A stretch of 64,000 nt of DNA from a virus. Lineage: Duplodnaviria > Heunggongvirae > Uroviricota > Caudoviricetes. The position numbers and the translations under genes were made by a program. The notes beneath the pieces are model-generated. The model had not been told where the DNA came from, made no database searches, and was given only the letters and a program-made list of their open reading frames with translations. Location: IMG/VR virus record IMGVR_UViG_2724679564_000005. One strand, written 5' to 3'. Below, in pieces: positions 10,540 to 20,001 of this stretch (within the stretch, counting starts at the first letter, position 1; each line of letters starts with the position of its first letter).

Positions 10540-11244
10540 TTATTCTCTATCTTCTAATTCTCTTTTTGTTTCAAAGTAATTTTCTTCTAATAAATCTTTA
10601 ATCACATTATTACAAAAATAGTTATATAAATCTAATCTTTCTTTTTGACTTTGTTTCATATTTTTTAAGCCTTGTTCAAGCATATTATAAATATTTTCAA
10701 CATTTTCTTTTTTTATTTCTTTTTTTGAGTTTTTATGTTTTTCTTTTACTCTTTCAATTATCTCTTTTTCATTATATTTTATATTTTCTAAAAAACTCTT
10801 TTGTTCTAATATTTTTTCATTCACAGATAAAGGATTTCCTAAGTGTAATAAACTATTAGCAACTACACTCACAAACGCATTGATAGCAATAATTTGACTT
10901 GTATTTTGAGCTATTTCTATACATTTTCTTTCTATTTGTTTTAATAGTTTATTTTTATCTTTTATTAAATTACCATTTATGTTTTTAATATAATATATAG
11001 ATGTAATCTCAATAATTGCATCTAATTTATCTTCTTCAAGATTATCTAATGATTCAAATAATCTATGAAGTGAATTGAATGGAAATTCTTTAATATATTG
11101 GATATGATATGGATTCATATAATTTATAATCGCATCTTTTATTGTTTTTGAACATACTACATTGTTTGGCATATTATCCTCCCTTATTGTATTAAAGTCT
11201 TTTATTTTGATTATATCATCCATTTTTGTAAATGTTAATATCAT
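10540..11244 (-). CDS. hypothetical protein (234 aa)
   Basis: ORF track. Confidence 0.45.
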   Translation of the reverse strand: MILTFTKMDDIIKIKDFNTIREDNMPNNVVCSKTIKDAIINYMNPYHIQYIKEFPFNSLHRLFESLDNLEEDKLDAIIEITSIYYIKNINGNLIKDKNKLLKQIERKCIEIAQNTSQIIAINAFVSVVANSLLHLGNPLSVNEKILEQKSFLENIKYNEKEIIERVKEKHKNSKKEIKKENVENIYNMLEQGLKNMKQSQKERLDLYNYFCNNVIKDLLEENYFETKRELEDRE

Positions 11245-11283
11245 ATGTTATAATTTATGATATAAAATCTAAATTTTATATCG

Positions 11284-11595
11284 TTATTTATTTATATTTA
11301 CATCATTTGAATCATCTTTTATTTTGCCAAATTCTCTATAATACTCATGATGATTGCATTTTGGATAATTTGAACAACCTCGGAATTTACCGTACTTACC
11401 TTTTCTGGTTATCATTTTACTACCACATTCAGAACAATATTTGTTCATATCTCCATAATCATCATATTCCTTTTCCAAATCATTCATGTTTTTTAACAAA
11501 GCTTCATATGTCCATCTAAGTATATTTTCAGATTCACCCTCATACCTAAATTCTATTATTTCTTTTAATTCCTCCCACATTTTCTTATAATACAT
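11284..11595 (-). CDS. topoisomerase-type C4 zinc-finger protein
   Basis: CSECGSKMITRKGKYGKFRGCSNYPKCNHHE resembles the zf-C4 topoisomerase DNA-binding finger. Confidence 0.5.
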   Translation of the reverse strand: MYYKKMWEELKEIIEFRYEGESENILRWTYEALLKNMNDLEKEYDDYGDMNKYCSECGSKMITRKGKYGKFRGCSNYPKCNHHEYYREFGKIKDDSNDVNINK

Positions 11596-11610
11596 CTTTA
11601 CCCTCCTAGA

Positions 11611-11991
11611 TTATCTATAATCAGTTTCTTCTAGTTCTTCTGCATCATATAACCCTTGTACATAATTCTTACAATTTCTAGCACTATCTTCTTCATTTAA
11701 TATAGCTATTAAAGCACATTTATACATACAACAAAATCCATCATAGAATTTACAATTATAACAATCTTTTTTTATATTAGGTAGCTTATTATAAATTTGA
11801 TTAATACAATTTCTATAATTTTTAAGTTGAACCTTATATTTTTCACTTTTCACCACAATATTTTCAGGTACATAAGTTATTTTTACTCCATATGATTGAT
11901 GCTCCAAAGTATCTTCTTTTACTTTATCAGGCTTATAAGTTTCTATTTTTAAATCTTTTTTACTTAATCCAGTTGGCAAATATCCTTTCAT
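11611..11991 (-). CDS. Cys-rich hypothetical protein (126 aa)
   Basis: CYNCKFYDGFCCMYKC cluster. Confidence 0.4.
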   Translation of the reverse strand: MKGYLPTGLSKKDLKIETYKPDKVKEDTLEHQSYGVKITYVPENIVVKSEKYKVQLKNYRNCINQIYNKLPNIKKDCYNCKFYDGFCCMYKCALIAILNEEDSARNCKNYVQGLYDAEELEETDYR

Positions 11992-12008
11992 TGTTTTTTA
12001 TCCCTCCT

Positions 12009-12161
12009 CTATATTAATCTAATTTTTCTTAATATTTTACCTAAGAATGTTAGGTTCTCTTTAAAGGCTATTTTACAATACCAACATTCCCATTCTTTAT
12101 TTCCATCTACATATTCAGTTTCTATCATATTTTGTTTGCATAGTGGACATTTTTTTAGCAT
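12009..12161 (-). CDS. small zinc-ribbon protein (50 aa), not in ORF track
   Basis: AAGGAGAA RBS; MLKKCPLCKQ...WECWYCK gives two CxxC pairs. Confidence 0.35.
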   Translation of the reverse strand: MLKKCPLCKQNMIETEYVDGNKEWECWYCKIAFKENLTFLGKILRKIRLI

Positions 12162-12208
12162 AGTTATATTTTCTCCTTATAATATTTTTGTATTGTGTAG
12201 TAAAATTA

Positions 12209-12445
12209 TTATATTGTCGGATTTGTTATAGCCATCCAAAACTTGGGTTGTCTATAACTATATTTAAAAACATCTTCATTTACATCAAAATAATAAAACC
12301 CCTCTTTTTCAAAAATAATATCACCATCAGCATATTTAAAATAATTTTGAAGACTATAAGTTTCATTTTTTATGTCTAAACACACTAAATATTCCTTTTC
12401 ATGTATCAATTTATTTTTAATATTGTCCCATTTCATTATTCTCAC
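12209..12445 (-). CDS. hypothetical protein (78 aa)
   Basis: ORF track. Confidence 0.4.
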   Translation of the reverse strand: MRIMKWDNIKNKLIHEKEYLVCLDIKNETYSLQNYFKYADGDIIFEKEGFYYFDVNEDVFKYSYRQPKFWMAITNPTI

Positions 12446-12492
12446 TCCTTCGTAATATTTTCATATTGTAATTCATTTCAATAACCATATAC

Positions 12493-12774
12493 TTATCTTA
12501 ATTTAACTACACAATCAACATATTTACCCAAATCTCTATTTATTAATGATTCAATGTCAATAAAAACTTCTTGTGAAAAATTAGTATCATATTTTCCTAT
12601 TATTTGTTTGTGGTCTATTTTAGTTATTTCTATTAAATACATTTTTCCTGTTACATATTTTAAAAGTATTTTATCTCCTTTATTTAATTTTAAAATATCT
12701 TCCTTGCTTTTCAACTCTTCAATACTTATCATATAATTCACTTCCTTTAAATATCTCGTGTATACATCACGCAA
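12493..12774 (-). CDS. hypothetical protein (93 aa)
   Basis: ORF track. Confidence 0.4.
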   Translation of the reverse strand: MRDVYTRYLKEVNYMISIEELKSKEDILKLNKGDKILLKYVTGKMYLIEITKIDHKQIIGKYDTNFSQEVFIDIESLINRDLGKYVDCVVKLR

Positions 12775-12800
12775 GATACGTATTTATAATATGTTTAACA

Positions 12801-13046
12801 CTACTTATTTTTATTTTCTTCTGATTTACAACTTCTTTCTATGCTCATACCCCAACCAGTTTGCCATGCGAAAACTAAACTAAATAAACCAAATAATAAA
12901 TTATTAGTTTTAAATGCATAAAACATTAATAAAATTGCTATAATCCATCCTGATATAAATGGTAATATTGATATACTTTCTGTAAATCCTATATCTTTAG
13001 GTCTGCCACTAAATATTTTAAAAAACTTATTAATTTTATTTTTCAT
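12801..13046 (-). CDS. small membrane protein (2 predicted TM)
   Basis: hydrophobic stretches ILPFISGWIIAILLMFYAF and LLFGLFSLVFAW. Confidence 0.4.
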   Translation of the reverse strand: MKNKINKFFKIFSGRPKDIGFTESISILPFISGWIIAILLMFYAFKTNNLLFGLFSLVFAWQTGWGMSIERSCKSEENKNK

Positions 13047-13101
13047 ATAATCATTCCCTTTCTAAATTGTTTTGTTTTAATTGCAGATTACTATAAATCA
13101 T

Positions 13102-13287
13102 TTATTTTATTAAATTATTCTTTTTCATTTTAGAAACATATAATGCAGGATAAATATAAGATAAAGTATGTGCTGGTGTAAACTCTTGAATACTCCAATT
13201 TTTATACATGTTTTCAAGAATTTTATTAACTTCCTCATCTACTTCTTTAATAATATCTTCCTTACTTATCATTTTTTGCACCTCCAA
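13102..13287 (-). CDS. hypothetical protein (61 aa)
   Basis: ORF overlapping the upstream gene end. Confidence 0.3.
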   Translation of the reverse strand: MEVQKMISKEDIIKEVDEEVNKILENMYKNWSIQEFTPAHTLSYIYPALYVSKMKKNNLIK

Positions 13288-14501
13288 TACAATAGTTCAG
13301 TATTGTAATTACTTTCATCTGGGGTGTCCTTCTTAATATAATAATTATTATATTTTATATTGATTTGATATTTATCCTTCAAATATTTGATTATAATATT
13401 AAACTTTCTATTTTTTTGTAGCTTATCTTCATTTAATTTTACTAAAAATTCGTCTAATATAAAATGCGTTCTATTAATACCTGTTATAATTTTTTGTTCA
13501 TTATTTATGTTGTATTCTAAAACCGTTTCAAATATTTTATATATTAATTTATCCATTTTTTGAAATAATTCAATTAATAAATTTTGTATTAATTCATAAC
13601 AATAATCTATTTCTTCTTGTCTATCTTTTGGAGTATCTTCATGGCGAAAAGTTGGCATATGTTTATTTAAATAATCTTTAGTTAAAGATTGAAATAATTT
13701 TATTATTGCTTCATAAGTATCAAAATCTGAGAATTTAGGAAGTATTAATTCTTTTATATAGCCTCTAAAAGCCATGTGACAATTATATTTTACAATGTTG
13801 TCGTCTCCTCCTAAATAATAATATATATTTTGAAAATATAGATACACTCTACAACCTAATGTATCAACTTCCCATTTCTTTTCATTATTTGTATTGATAT
13901 ATGTTTCACCCCAATTTACATCTTTAATAAGGTTTGGCAAATCAAAAGAATTATCAACTATCATTTTTGATATTAAATATATTCTTTCAATCCAATCATC
14001 AGTTAAAATTATTTCATTATTTTTATTTATTATTAAAAATTCATTTTCCAAATCATCTTGTTTATTTTTTCTTTCTCTTTCTTTTATTGCTTTTATACGC
14101 TTTTCTTCTGCAATCTGTTTTTGCCTTTCGATTTCTTGTTGTTTTCTTAATTCTTCTGCTTTTTTACGTTCTTCTTCTTTTTGTTTTTCTTTTGCTTCTC
14201 TTAACATTGATCTCAACATATCTGTATCTGAATGCCCACAAAAACTTGATAAAGCTGTTTCATATTGTAAAATTTCTTTTTCTGTTCTACAATTTTTATA
14301 TTTGCCACCCAAATAAGGATTCTCCATTGTTGTAAAAGAATCAGAAAGTAAATGGTCATAATACAAAAAAGTATTTGGATTAGTGCAATCATATACTGTA
14401 ACATTAAAAAAATCATCTTGAATTTTCTTAATCATTTTACTATTATATTCATCTCTTGCAATGCTTGACTCTAAAGCCTTTTCTATTTCTTCTATTGTCA
14501 T
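13269..14501 (-). CDS. hypothetical protein with charged coiled-coil segment (410 aa)
   Basis: EKQKEEERKKAEELRKQQEIERQKQIAEEKR repeat-like segment. Confidence 0.5.
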   Translation of the reverse strand: MTIEEIEKALESSIARDEYNSKMIKKIQDDFFNVTVYDCTNPNTFLYYDHLLSDSFTTMENPYLGGKYKNCRTEKEILQYETALSSFCGHSDTDMLRSMLREAKEKQKEEERKKAEELRKQQEIERQKQIAEEKRIKAIKERERKNKQDDLENEFLIINKNNEIILTDDWIERIYLISKMIVDNSFDLPNLIKDVNWGETYINTNNEKKWEVDTLGCRVYLYFQNIYYYLGGDDNIVKYNCHMAFRGYIKELILPKFSDFDTYEAIIKLFQSLTKDYLNKHMPTFRHEDTPKDRQEEIDYCYELIQNLLIELFQKMDKLIYKIFETVLEYNINNEQKIITGINRTHFILDEFLVKLNEDKLQKNRKFNIIIKYLKDKYQINIKYNNYYIKKDTPDESNYNTELLYWRCKK

Positions 14502-14571
14502 CTTTTACTCACTCCTATCGTTAAATTATTTTACGTTATAAAAGAATGGTTTTATTAACTTATTTATGTAA

Positions 14572-15159
14572 TTAATCTTCCTTGATATACCATTCTCCTT
14601 CAGCTATTAAATAAGGGGTTATACTATCTTCTTCAGCGATACACCATGCATCTCTCACAAAAGAAGGTATATATTCTTTTGTTTCTTCTTTTTTATTTAA
14701 AGAATTTATATACTTAACTTTTATAGTTTTACCTTGTTCAAAAGCTTTCATGGCTTCTATACACTCTACTTTCTTATCTTTTTTAACTAATTTGAATTTA
14801 CTTTTAAGCCATTCTGAAGTTATATAACATTTGTCCCATATTTTTTCGTAATCATCATCCTTTACCATTAAAAATCCATTTTCAAACTTAATTACAAGCC
14901 TATCTTCTTCCAAATAAACTTCAAATTCAGTACGTTCTGGAAATTCTATTGCTTCATGTATAGAATATTCTCTATCATAATCTATTTTATTTTCAATTGT
15001 ATTATTATTTACGAAAAAAGCTTTCAAATAAAATTCTTTCTTACCATAATTAATGTCCCAATCTACTATTTTATACCCTAATTTTTCATAATGCTCTTTT
15101 GTTTTTTGCCATTCTCCATCATTGTCGAAAATCATTTCTACACATTGTTCTCTTAACAT
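14572..15159 (-). CDS. hypothetical protein (195 aa)
   Basis: ORF track. Confidence 0.45.
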   Translation of the reverse strand: MLREQCVEMIFDNDGEWQKTKEHYEKLGYKIVDWDINYGKKEFYLKAFFVNNNTIENKIDYDREYSIHEAIEFPERTEFEVYLEEDRLVIKFENGFLMVKDDDYEKIWDKCYITSEWLKSKFKLVKKDKKVECIEAMKAFEQGKTIKVKYINSLNKKEETKEYIPSFVRDAWCIAEEDSITPYLIAEGEWYIKED

Positions 15160-15326
15160 ATTATCTTCTCTCCTTAAATTTAATATTTTTTATTTATTAA
15201 CCTTATGTATTAGAGTGTTATTATCCAAGTTTTTGACTTAACTTAAAAGCACATACAAAACATAATATTGTAAAACAACATATAAATAAATTAATAATTA
15301 AATCTATCATTTGTTCACCACTTTCT

Positions 15327-15542
15327 TCATATTGTTTTATTAAATTGTTTATAGATAAGTTTAAATATATCACATCCTAAACACATTATTAAACATAATG
15401 TTGCAACTGAATTTATTATAGGACATAAAGCAACTATAACATCTTTTATTGATATTTTATGGTTTATATCGTGTTTCATATATAAACCACACAATAAACT
15501 TCCTATTAAAGAAATTATGTAAATTGATATTAAAGTATTCAT
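15327..15542 (-). CDS. small membrane protein (71 aa)
   Basis: hydrophobic; conserved promoter 26 nt upstream. Confidence 0.4.
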   Translation of the reverse strand: MNTLISIYIISLIGSLLCGLYMKHDINHKISIKDVIVALCPIINSVATLCLIMCLGCDIFKLIYKQFNKTI

Positions 15543-15567
15543 ATTTTCTCTCTCCTTTCATGATTCT

Positions 15568-15596
15568 ACATTACCAAATTATTTTATATTAGTCAA
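15568..15596 (-). promoter_or_regulatory. conserved-family promoter TTGACT-17-TAATGT
   Basis: rc: TTGACTaatataaaataatttggTAATGT. Confidence 0.5.
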
Positions 15597-15635
15597 GCTT
15601 TAAATAATGTTTTTAAAAATTATTGCATATAAGAA

Positions 15636-15660
15636 TAGCTCCCTGAAAATCAAGGAGCTA
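15636..15660 (-). terminator. stem-loop (7-bp GC-containing stem TAGCTCC/GGAGCTA) downstream of the PspC gene; candidate terminator
   Basis: inverted repeat immediately after the stop of 15685..15987 and before the next promoter; only a weak U-tract. Confidence 0.35.
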
Positions 15661-15684
15661 TTAATTGATGTCTATTTATTTAAT

Positions 15685-15987
15685 TTAAAACATGACAAAA
15701 TAAAATATAAAATAAGCTATAATACCTACGCCATAACAAATTGCTAACAGTCCCCAAATAACCCTAATAAAAGCTGGATCAATATTAAAGTATTCAGCAA
15801 TTCCACTGCAAACCCCAAGTATCTTCTTATCTTCTGATAATTTTAATTTTTTAGGCGGTTTGTTTTCCTTTGTTTGTTGAGTAATAGTTGAATTATTATC
15901 TATAGCTTTGATAATGTTTATATCTTTCACGAAAGGTATAGATAATAAAATAAAAACTAATAATATTGATAACATTTTATATCTCAT
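15685..15987 (-). CDS. PspC-domain membrane protein
   Basis: KKILGVCSGIAEYFNIDPAFIRVIWGLL matches the PspC domain signature, followed by a TM segment. Confidence 0.6.
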   Translation of the reverse strand: MRYKMLSILLVFILLSIPFVKDINIIKAIDNNSTITQQTKENKPPKKLKLSEDKKILGVCSGIAEYFNIDPAFIRVIWGLLAICYGVGIIAYFIFYFVMF

Positions 15988-16006
15988 TTAATTTTCCTCC
16001 TGCTAT

Positions 16007-16603
16007 TTATTTAATTATTCCTAGTTTCCAATTCTTCCTTGTTATTGGTTTATATTGAGTATCACCTACTTCTATTTCATCTCCATTTTTAATTATTCTA
16101 TTATTAAAAATTTTTGCATTTACATTTGGTATATTCCCTTCACTATCTCTAGTAACCATAAATCTAATACAATCATGGTCAACCAATTCTATTAATCTTT
16201 TACTTCCTTTAAATAGATATCCTTTAAAATTAGTTAATAAAGAATAACAGTAGCAATCTATATTTAAAATATCTACTATATCTGATATTTGGTTTATTTG
16301 TTCTTCTGAAAGAAAATTACATTCATCTATAATAATTGCTTTAATATTTCCTTCAGTATCTATGTATTCCATTACTTTTGTAAAAATATTTTCATCAGTA
16401 TCAATCCATTGTGCAGGAATTTTATTTCCATTCCTTGAAGATATGTAACATTCCTCTATGCCTTCTCTAGTGTCTATTCTGCTTTTTAAGGCTAATACAT
16501 TCATTTTATTTAGTTTATATGAATTATATTCTCTAATTAAGTCTTCTGATTTTCCAACGCCCATACAAGCAAATATTACGTGCAGTTTAGCTATATTAAT
16601 CAC
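16007..16603 (-). CDS. tdk: thymidine kinase
   Basis: P-loop FACMGVGKSEDLIR; size about 200 aa; matches the TK family pattern (alkSRiDtR). Confidence 0.85.
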   Translation of the reverse strand: MINIAKLHVIFACMGVGKSEDLIREYNSYKLNKMNVLALKSRIDTREGIEECYISSRNGNKIPAQWIDTDENIFTKVMEYIDTEGNIKAIIIDECNFLSEEQINQISDIVDILNIDCYCYSLLTNFKGYLFKGSKRLIELVDHDCIRFMVTRDSEGNIPNVNAKIFNNRIIKNGDEIEVGDTQYKPITRKNWKLGIIK

Positions 16604-17259
16604 TCTCCTTTATGTAATTTATTTTCATAATGAAATTTTAAATTGTGTAAATCTATACTTTTTTCTGCATTGTTATTTATTAAATTGTTTTGTATTTGAT
16701 GAATTAGAGTGTAAAATTCTTTATGGTTACTTACTCTTAACCCTTTCCATTTGTCATTCCAATGCTGAGAAAAAGCTACAGATATCCCGTCTTTTCTTTT
16801 CCATTCTATTAAGTTGTTTATATTGTCATCAAGCAACACTCGATTATCTCTAGCTAATAATGATTTATCTCCAGTAAACACTAAATCTTTTTCAACATTT
16901 ATAAAAGGTAAATATTCTTTTATCCATTTAACTTTTTCACTAACACAATAATCTGAATTGTATTGAGGTAAAGTTATTATTTTAATTTTAAAGCCTTTTT
17001 CATGTAATATTGTAGCAATATTTATTGAATTATTGACAGGGCTGCTTTTATAAAAAGCACCCTTTTCTAATAATAAATTTTTAAAATACTCTTTACTGGC
17101 TTTATTACAATCACTCCACCAATATGATTTATTGTCATTAGGTTTCATATCATCATTAAAATCCTTATTATATTTATTTATAATATATGAACTTAGATCA
17201 TATAATACTTCATCCATATCATAATATATTTCTAATTGCTTAGTCATCTGATACCTCAC
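16600..17259 (-). CDS. HAD-superfamily 5'(3')-deoxyribonucleotidase-like protein
   Basis: N-terminal IYYDMDEVLYDL (DxDxV nucleophile motif); ATGA overlap with tdk. Confidence 0.5.
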   Translation of the reverse strand: MRYQMTKQLEIYYDMDEVLYDLSSYIINKYNKDFNDDMKPNDNKSYWWSDCNKASKEYFKNLLLEKGAFYKSSPVNNSINIATILHEKGFKIKIITLPQYNSDYCVSEKVKWIKEYLPFINVEKDLVFTGDKSLLARDNRVLLDDNINNLIEWKRKDGISVAFSQHWNDKWKGLRVSNHKEFYTLIHQIQNNLINNNAEKSIDLHNLKFHYENKLHKGE

Positions 17260-17839
17260 TTTCTATACTATCTTCAAAAATTTTCCATAGTTTTGTAAAA
17301 CAATCTCCTAGTTTTTCATAGCAGCCTAAACTATTTTCAATTTCTCCTTGGCAGTATTGATTTAAATAACCTACTTGATTTTTAAATGAAGGTTGATTAA
17401 TATTAGGTTTAGTTTTAAATCTTATGTCATCAGCCCACCCTACAATACCTTTATATTTATTAGGTTCATATTCTATCATAGTTTTAAATCTACTTATTTC
17501 TCCACCTACTCCTTCATCTAATGGCAATTTAAGATGTGCTAATACAAAATTACAAGTTCGTAGTTGTGAATTATCTCCTTCTGCTATCATTCCTCCTGTT
17601 ATAGTAAAGTCTTCTGTATCTTTCTTATTAAAATCTGCATGTTGTGGTAAGTAATAATCTAAATTAACTTGTTCACATATATCAGCTATTAGTTCTAATC
17701 CTATTTGATCTAATTCACTAAATAATCCTTCAGATGCAATATAAACCTTTGCTTTATGTTTAAAATCATAGTTATCTATAACTTCTTGTAGTTTGTGTTC
17801 CTGAACAAATTCTTTTACTCTTTTTTTAAAGTTTTTCAT
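17240..17839 (-). CDS. nucleoside 2-deoxyribosyltransferase-like / DNPH1-like protein (tentative)
   Basis: AKVYIASEGLFSE and LDEGVGGEIS resemble the PF05014 N-terminal and catalytic-Glu motifs; inference only. Confidence 0.35.
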   Translation of the reverse strand: MKNFKKRVKEFVQEHKLQEVIDNYDFKHKAKVYIASEGLFSELDQIGLELIADICEQVNLDYYLPQHADFNKKDTEDFTITGGMIAEGDNSQLRTCNFVLAHLKLPLDEGVGGEISRFKTMIEYEPNKYKGIVGWADDIRFKTKPNINQPSFKNQVGYLNQYCQGEIENSLGCYEKLGDCFTKLWKIFEDSIESEVSDD

Positions 17840-17856
17840 AAATTAAATCCTCTCTA

Positions 17857-18096
17857 TTCTAAATTTAATTGCTTTTTAATTTCTACTACATGAAATGGTG
17901 TGTCTTTAGGTATTAAACTCTCTATTAAAATACTTTCTTGCTTATTATTTGAAAATGCTTTAATAGTCAATATTTTATCCACATCAAAATTATATCCTTT
18001 TGTAGTAAAAACTTCTAGGTTATTATTTCTTAGTATATCTGCAATTTCTTGACTTTGTTTTGTTGATTGAGGTAATATCTCCTGAACCTCACACGA
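17857..18096 (-). pseudogene. 80-codon open frame with no ATG start abutting the IS right-end hairpin; possible 3' remnant of a disrupted gene
   Basis: frame runs from the hairpin (stop at 18097-18099) to a TAG at 17854-17856 with no Met; a GTG with an AAAGGA RBS could give a 42-aa product instead. Confidence 0.2.
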
Positions 18097-18109
18097 CTAA
18101 AGTCGCGTG
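18090..18109 (-). repeat. right-end subterminal hairpin of the IS (8-bp stem with one G-U, TTTA loop)
   Basis: CACACGAC-TAAA-GTCGCGTG. Confidence 0.6.
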
Positions 18110-18294
18110 GTTCTTATTTCCTTAGACTTCCAATATACTCTCATTTATAGGATTTACATTATTTCGATAACCTATATCTTACAACATATAATGACTCATC
18201 TAATTATAATAAGACTTTTACTACCAAAGACATCATTATGTCCATTAACGATAATATAACGGCTCGGTTCAAAACCATATTTATTAACATTTAA

Positions 18295-19869
18295 TTATAT
18301 TCCCATACTGCTTATTAATTTAATACCGTTTTTCTTTAATTCTTTTAATCTATTTATTTCTTTGTCATGTAATTTTTTAAAATTATTATAAGTTTCAATA
18401 CATTTTTCTCTATCTATTTTATCTAATTTCTTACCTGTAACATTCATAATTAAAAATGCACTATACATATCTCTTTGTATCTTTATATCACTATTCCATC
18501 TATCTTTTAATTCTTTTTTATTATACTCATCTGTGAAATGATTATATTGACTTGCTTTGCACTTCTTAGTATCTATCTTTAGTATTCCTAATTTCTCATA
18601 TTTAAGTTTTCTACTAATCATTTCAATTAACATTGCTGGTGCTTTGTTTGCTAAACTCTTGCCAAATCTTTTCTTTTTGTTATACTTACCATTTTTATTA
18701 ATAGTGGTTTTCTTACTTCTTCTTTGCAAACCTTTATAATTCATAGCTTCAACTAAAATTCTATTACCTAAGGATATTATATAATTAGCCAATTTTTCAT
18801 GACTTTGTTTTCTGATACTAGCTTGTTTCCTTTGTATATCTCTTAATTCATTTTGTATTTTAATGTATTTATTAGATTTATACCATTTTAATTTGATTCC
18901 TCTTTTTATAGTACCATCTTCATTATAATTATTAAGATTATTAGCTCTACGTTGTCTATCTAATTTTCTTTGCAATATTATTTTTTTATGTTCTATATTT
19001 TCAATTTTTGGACATAACTCCAATAGTTTTACATCATATTTACTTGATATAGCAATAGTTTGAGTTCCTATATCTATTCCTACACTTCCTTGACCTATAC
19101 TACCTTTTATTTCACCAGTTTGTTTATTAATCTTTTGTGGTGGAATTCCTTCCAGTATCAATTGTACGTAGTATTTATATTTACCCCTTATTAATTTTCT
19201 AAGTATTCTACAGTATTTAACTCTATCTTGAATTGCCTTTTGTGCATACAAGTCATTATTTTTAATAATTATAGGAATATTTAATTTATTCCATTTAATC
19301 GTATTTGTATCTTTATCATATTTTAAACCACTTTTATTCCACTTATTTTCAATAGAATTATATTGACCATATCTACTAAAATATACTTTATTAGCATCTC
19401 CATGTAATAACCTATCAAACTTACTCCATACTCTATCAGCTATTGTTTGTGCTTCTAAGCTATTTATATTACTTTTAAAATGTTTATACATAGGTTTTAT
19501 ATCTTCATAAAGTAAATATTGTGATAGACTATACTTTAAACATACTTCTTCTAGCTGTTTATACAACCATTTTCTTTGTTTTTCTAAAGACTTTTTAATC
19601 TTTTCATTGTCTGAATTATGATATTTTTTATTAATAGGATTTAATTGTTTTTTAATTTGTTTATATAGTTTAGATTCCATCATAAGATTATATCTTTTTA
19701 ACACTTTTCCTGTTAAGGCATTAGATATATTTCTTGCTATCTCCAACCTTTTATTAATTATATCTTCTTGATATTTTTCTGTATGTAATGACAGAGTTAA
19801 TACATAACTCGGAGTTTTATTTTTCTTCACAATATTCACTTCCTTTCTATAAATAATACAAGAACTCAA
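18295..19869 (-). CDS. tnpB: TnpB-like RuvC nuclease (IS605 OrfB family); zinc-finger cysteines absent; real start probably the GTG near 19830 (MKKNKTPSYV...)
   Basis: RuvC-I GIDIGTQTIAIS, RuvC-II ILVEAMNYKGL, RuvC-III RDMYSAFLIMNV; typical OrfB N-terminus; AGAAAGGAAG RBS before the internal GTG. Confidence 0.8.
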   Translation of the reverse strand: MSSCIIYRKEVNIVKKNKTPSYVLTLSLHTEKYQEDIINKRLEIARNISNALTGKVLKRYNLMMESKLYKQIKKQLNPINKKYHNSDNEKIKKSLEKQRKWLYKQLEEVCLKYSLSQYLLYEDIKPMYKHFKSNINSLEAQTIADRVWSKFDRLLHGDANKVYFSRYGQYNSIENKWNKSGLKYDKDTNTIKWNKLNIPIIIKNNDLYAQKAIQDRVKYCRILRKLIRGKYKYYVQLILEGIPPQKINKQTGEIKGSIGQGSVGIDIGTQTIAISSKYDVKLLELCPKIENIEHKKIILQRKLDRQRRANNLNNYNEDGTIKRGIKLKWYKSNKYIKIQNELRDIQRKQASIRKQSHEKLANYIISLGNRILVEAMNYKGLQRRSKKTTINKNGKYNKKKRFGKSLANKAPAMLIEMISRKLKYEKLGILKIDTKKCKASQYNHFTDEYNKKELKDRWNSDIKIQRDMYSAFLIMNVTGKKLDKIDREKCIETYNNFKKLHDKEINRLKELKKNGIKLISSMGI

Positions 19870-19981
19870 TTGACTATTTCAAAAGATTTGAAAAAGCAAC
19901 TAGAAGAGATAGCTAAAAAACAAAATAGAAGTTTTAATAATTTAGTTATCACTATATTACAATCATATGCAGGAAATTCAT

Positions 19982-20001
19982 CCCATGACTAAAGTCACGG
20001 G
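19982..20001 (-). repeat. left-end subterminal hairpin of the IS
   Basis: CCCATGAC-TAAA-GTCACGGG, same architecture as the right-end hairpin. Confidence 0.6.

Noticed and set aside
15231-15275. Plus-strand TTGACT...TAATAT promoter-like pair
   Set aside because: The spacer is about 24 bp, too long for a functional promoter, and no plus-strand gene follows.
18241-18270. tRNA-like T-loop motif CGGTTCAAAACC
   Set aside because: No acceptor, D or anticodon arms can be built around it. It lies inside the IS right-end non-coding region and is more likely part of the TnpB-associated RNA scaffold.
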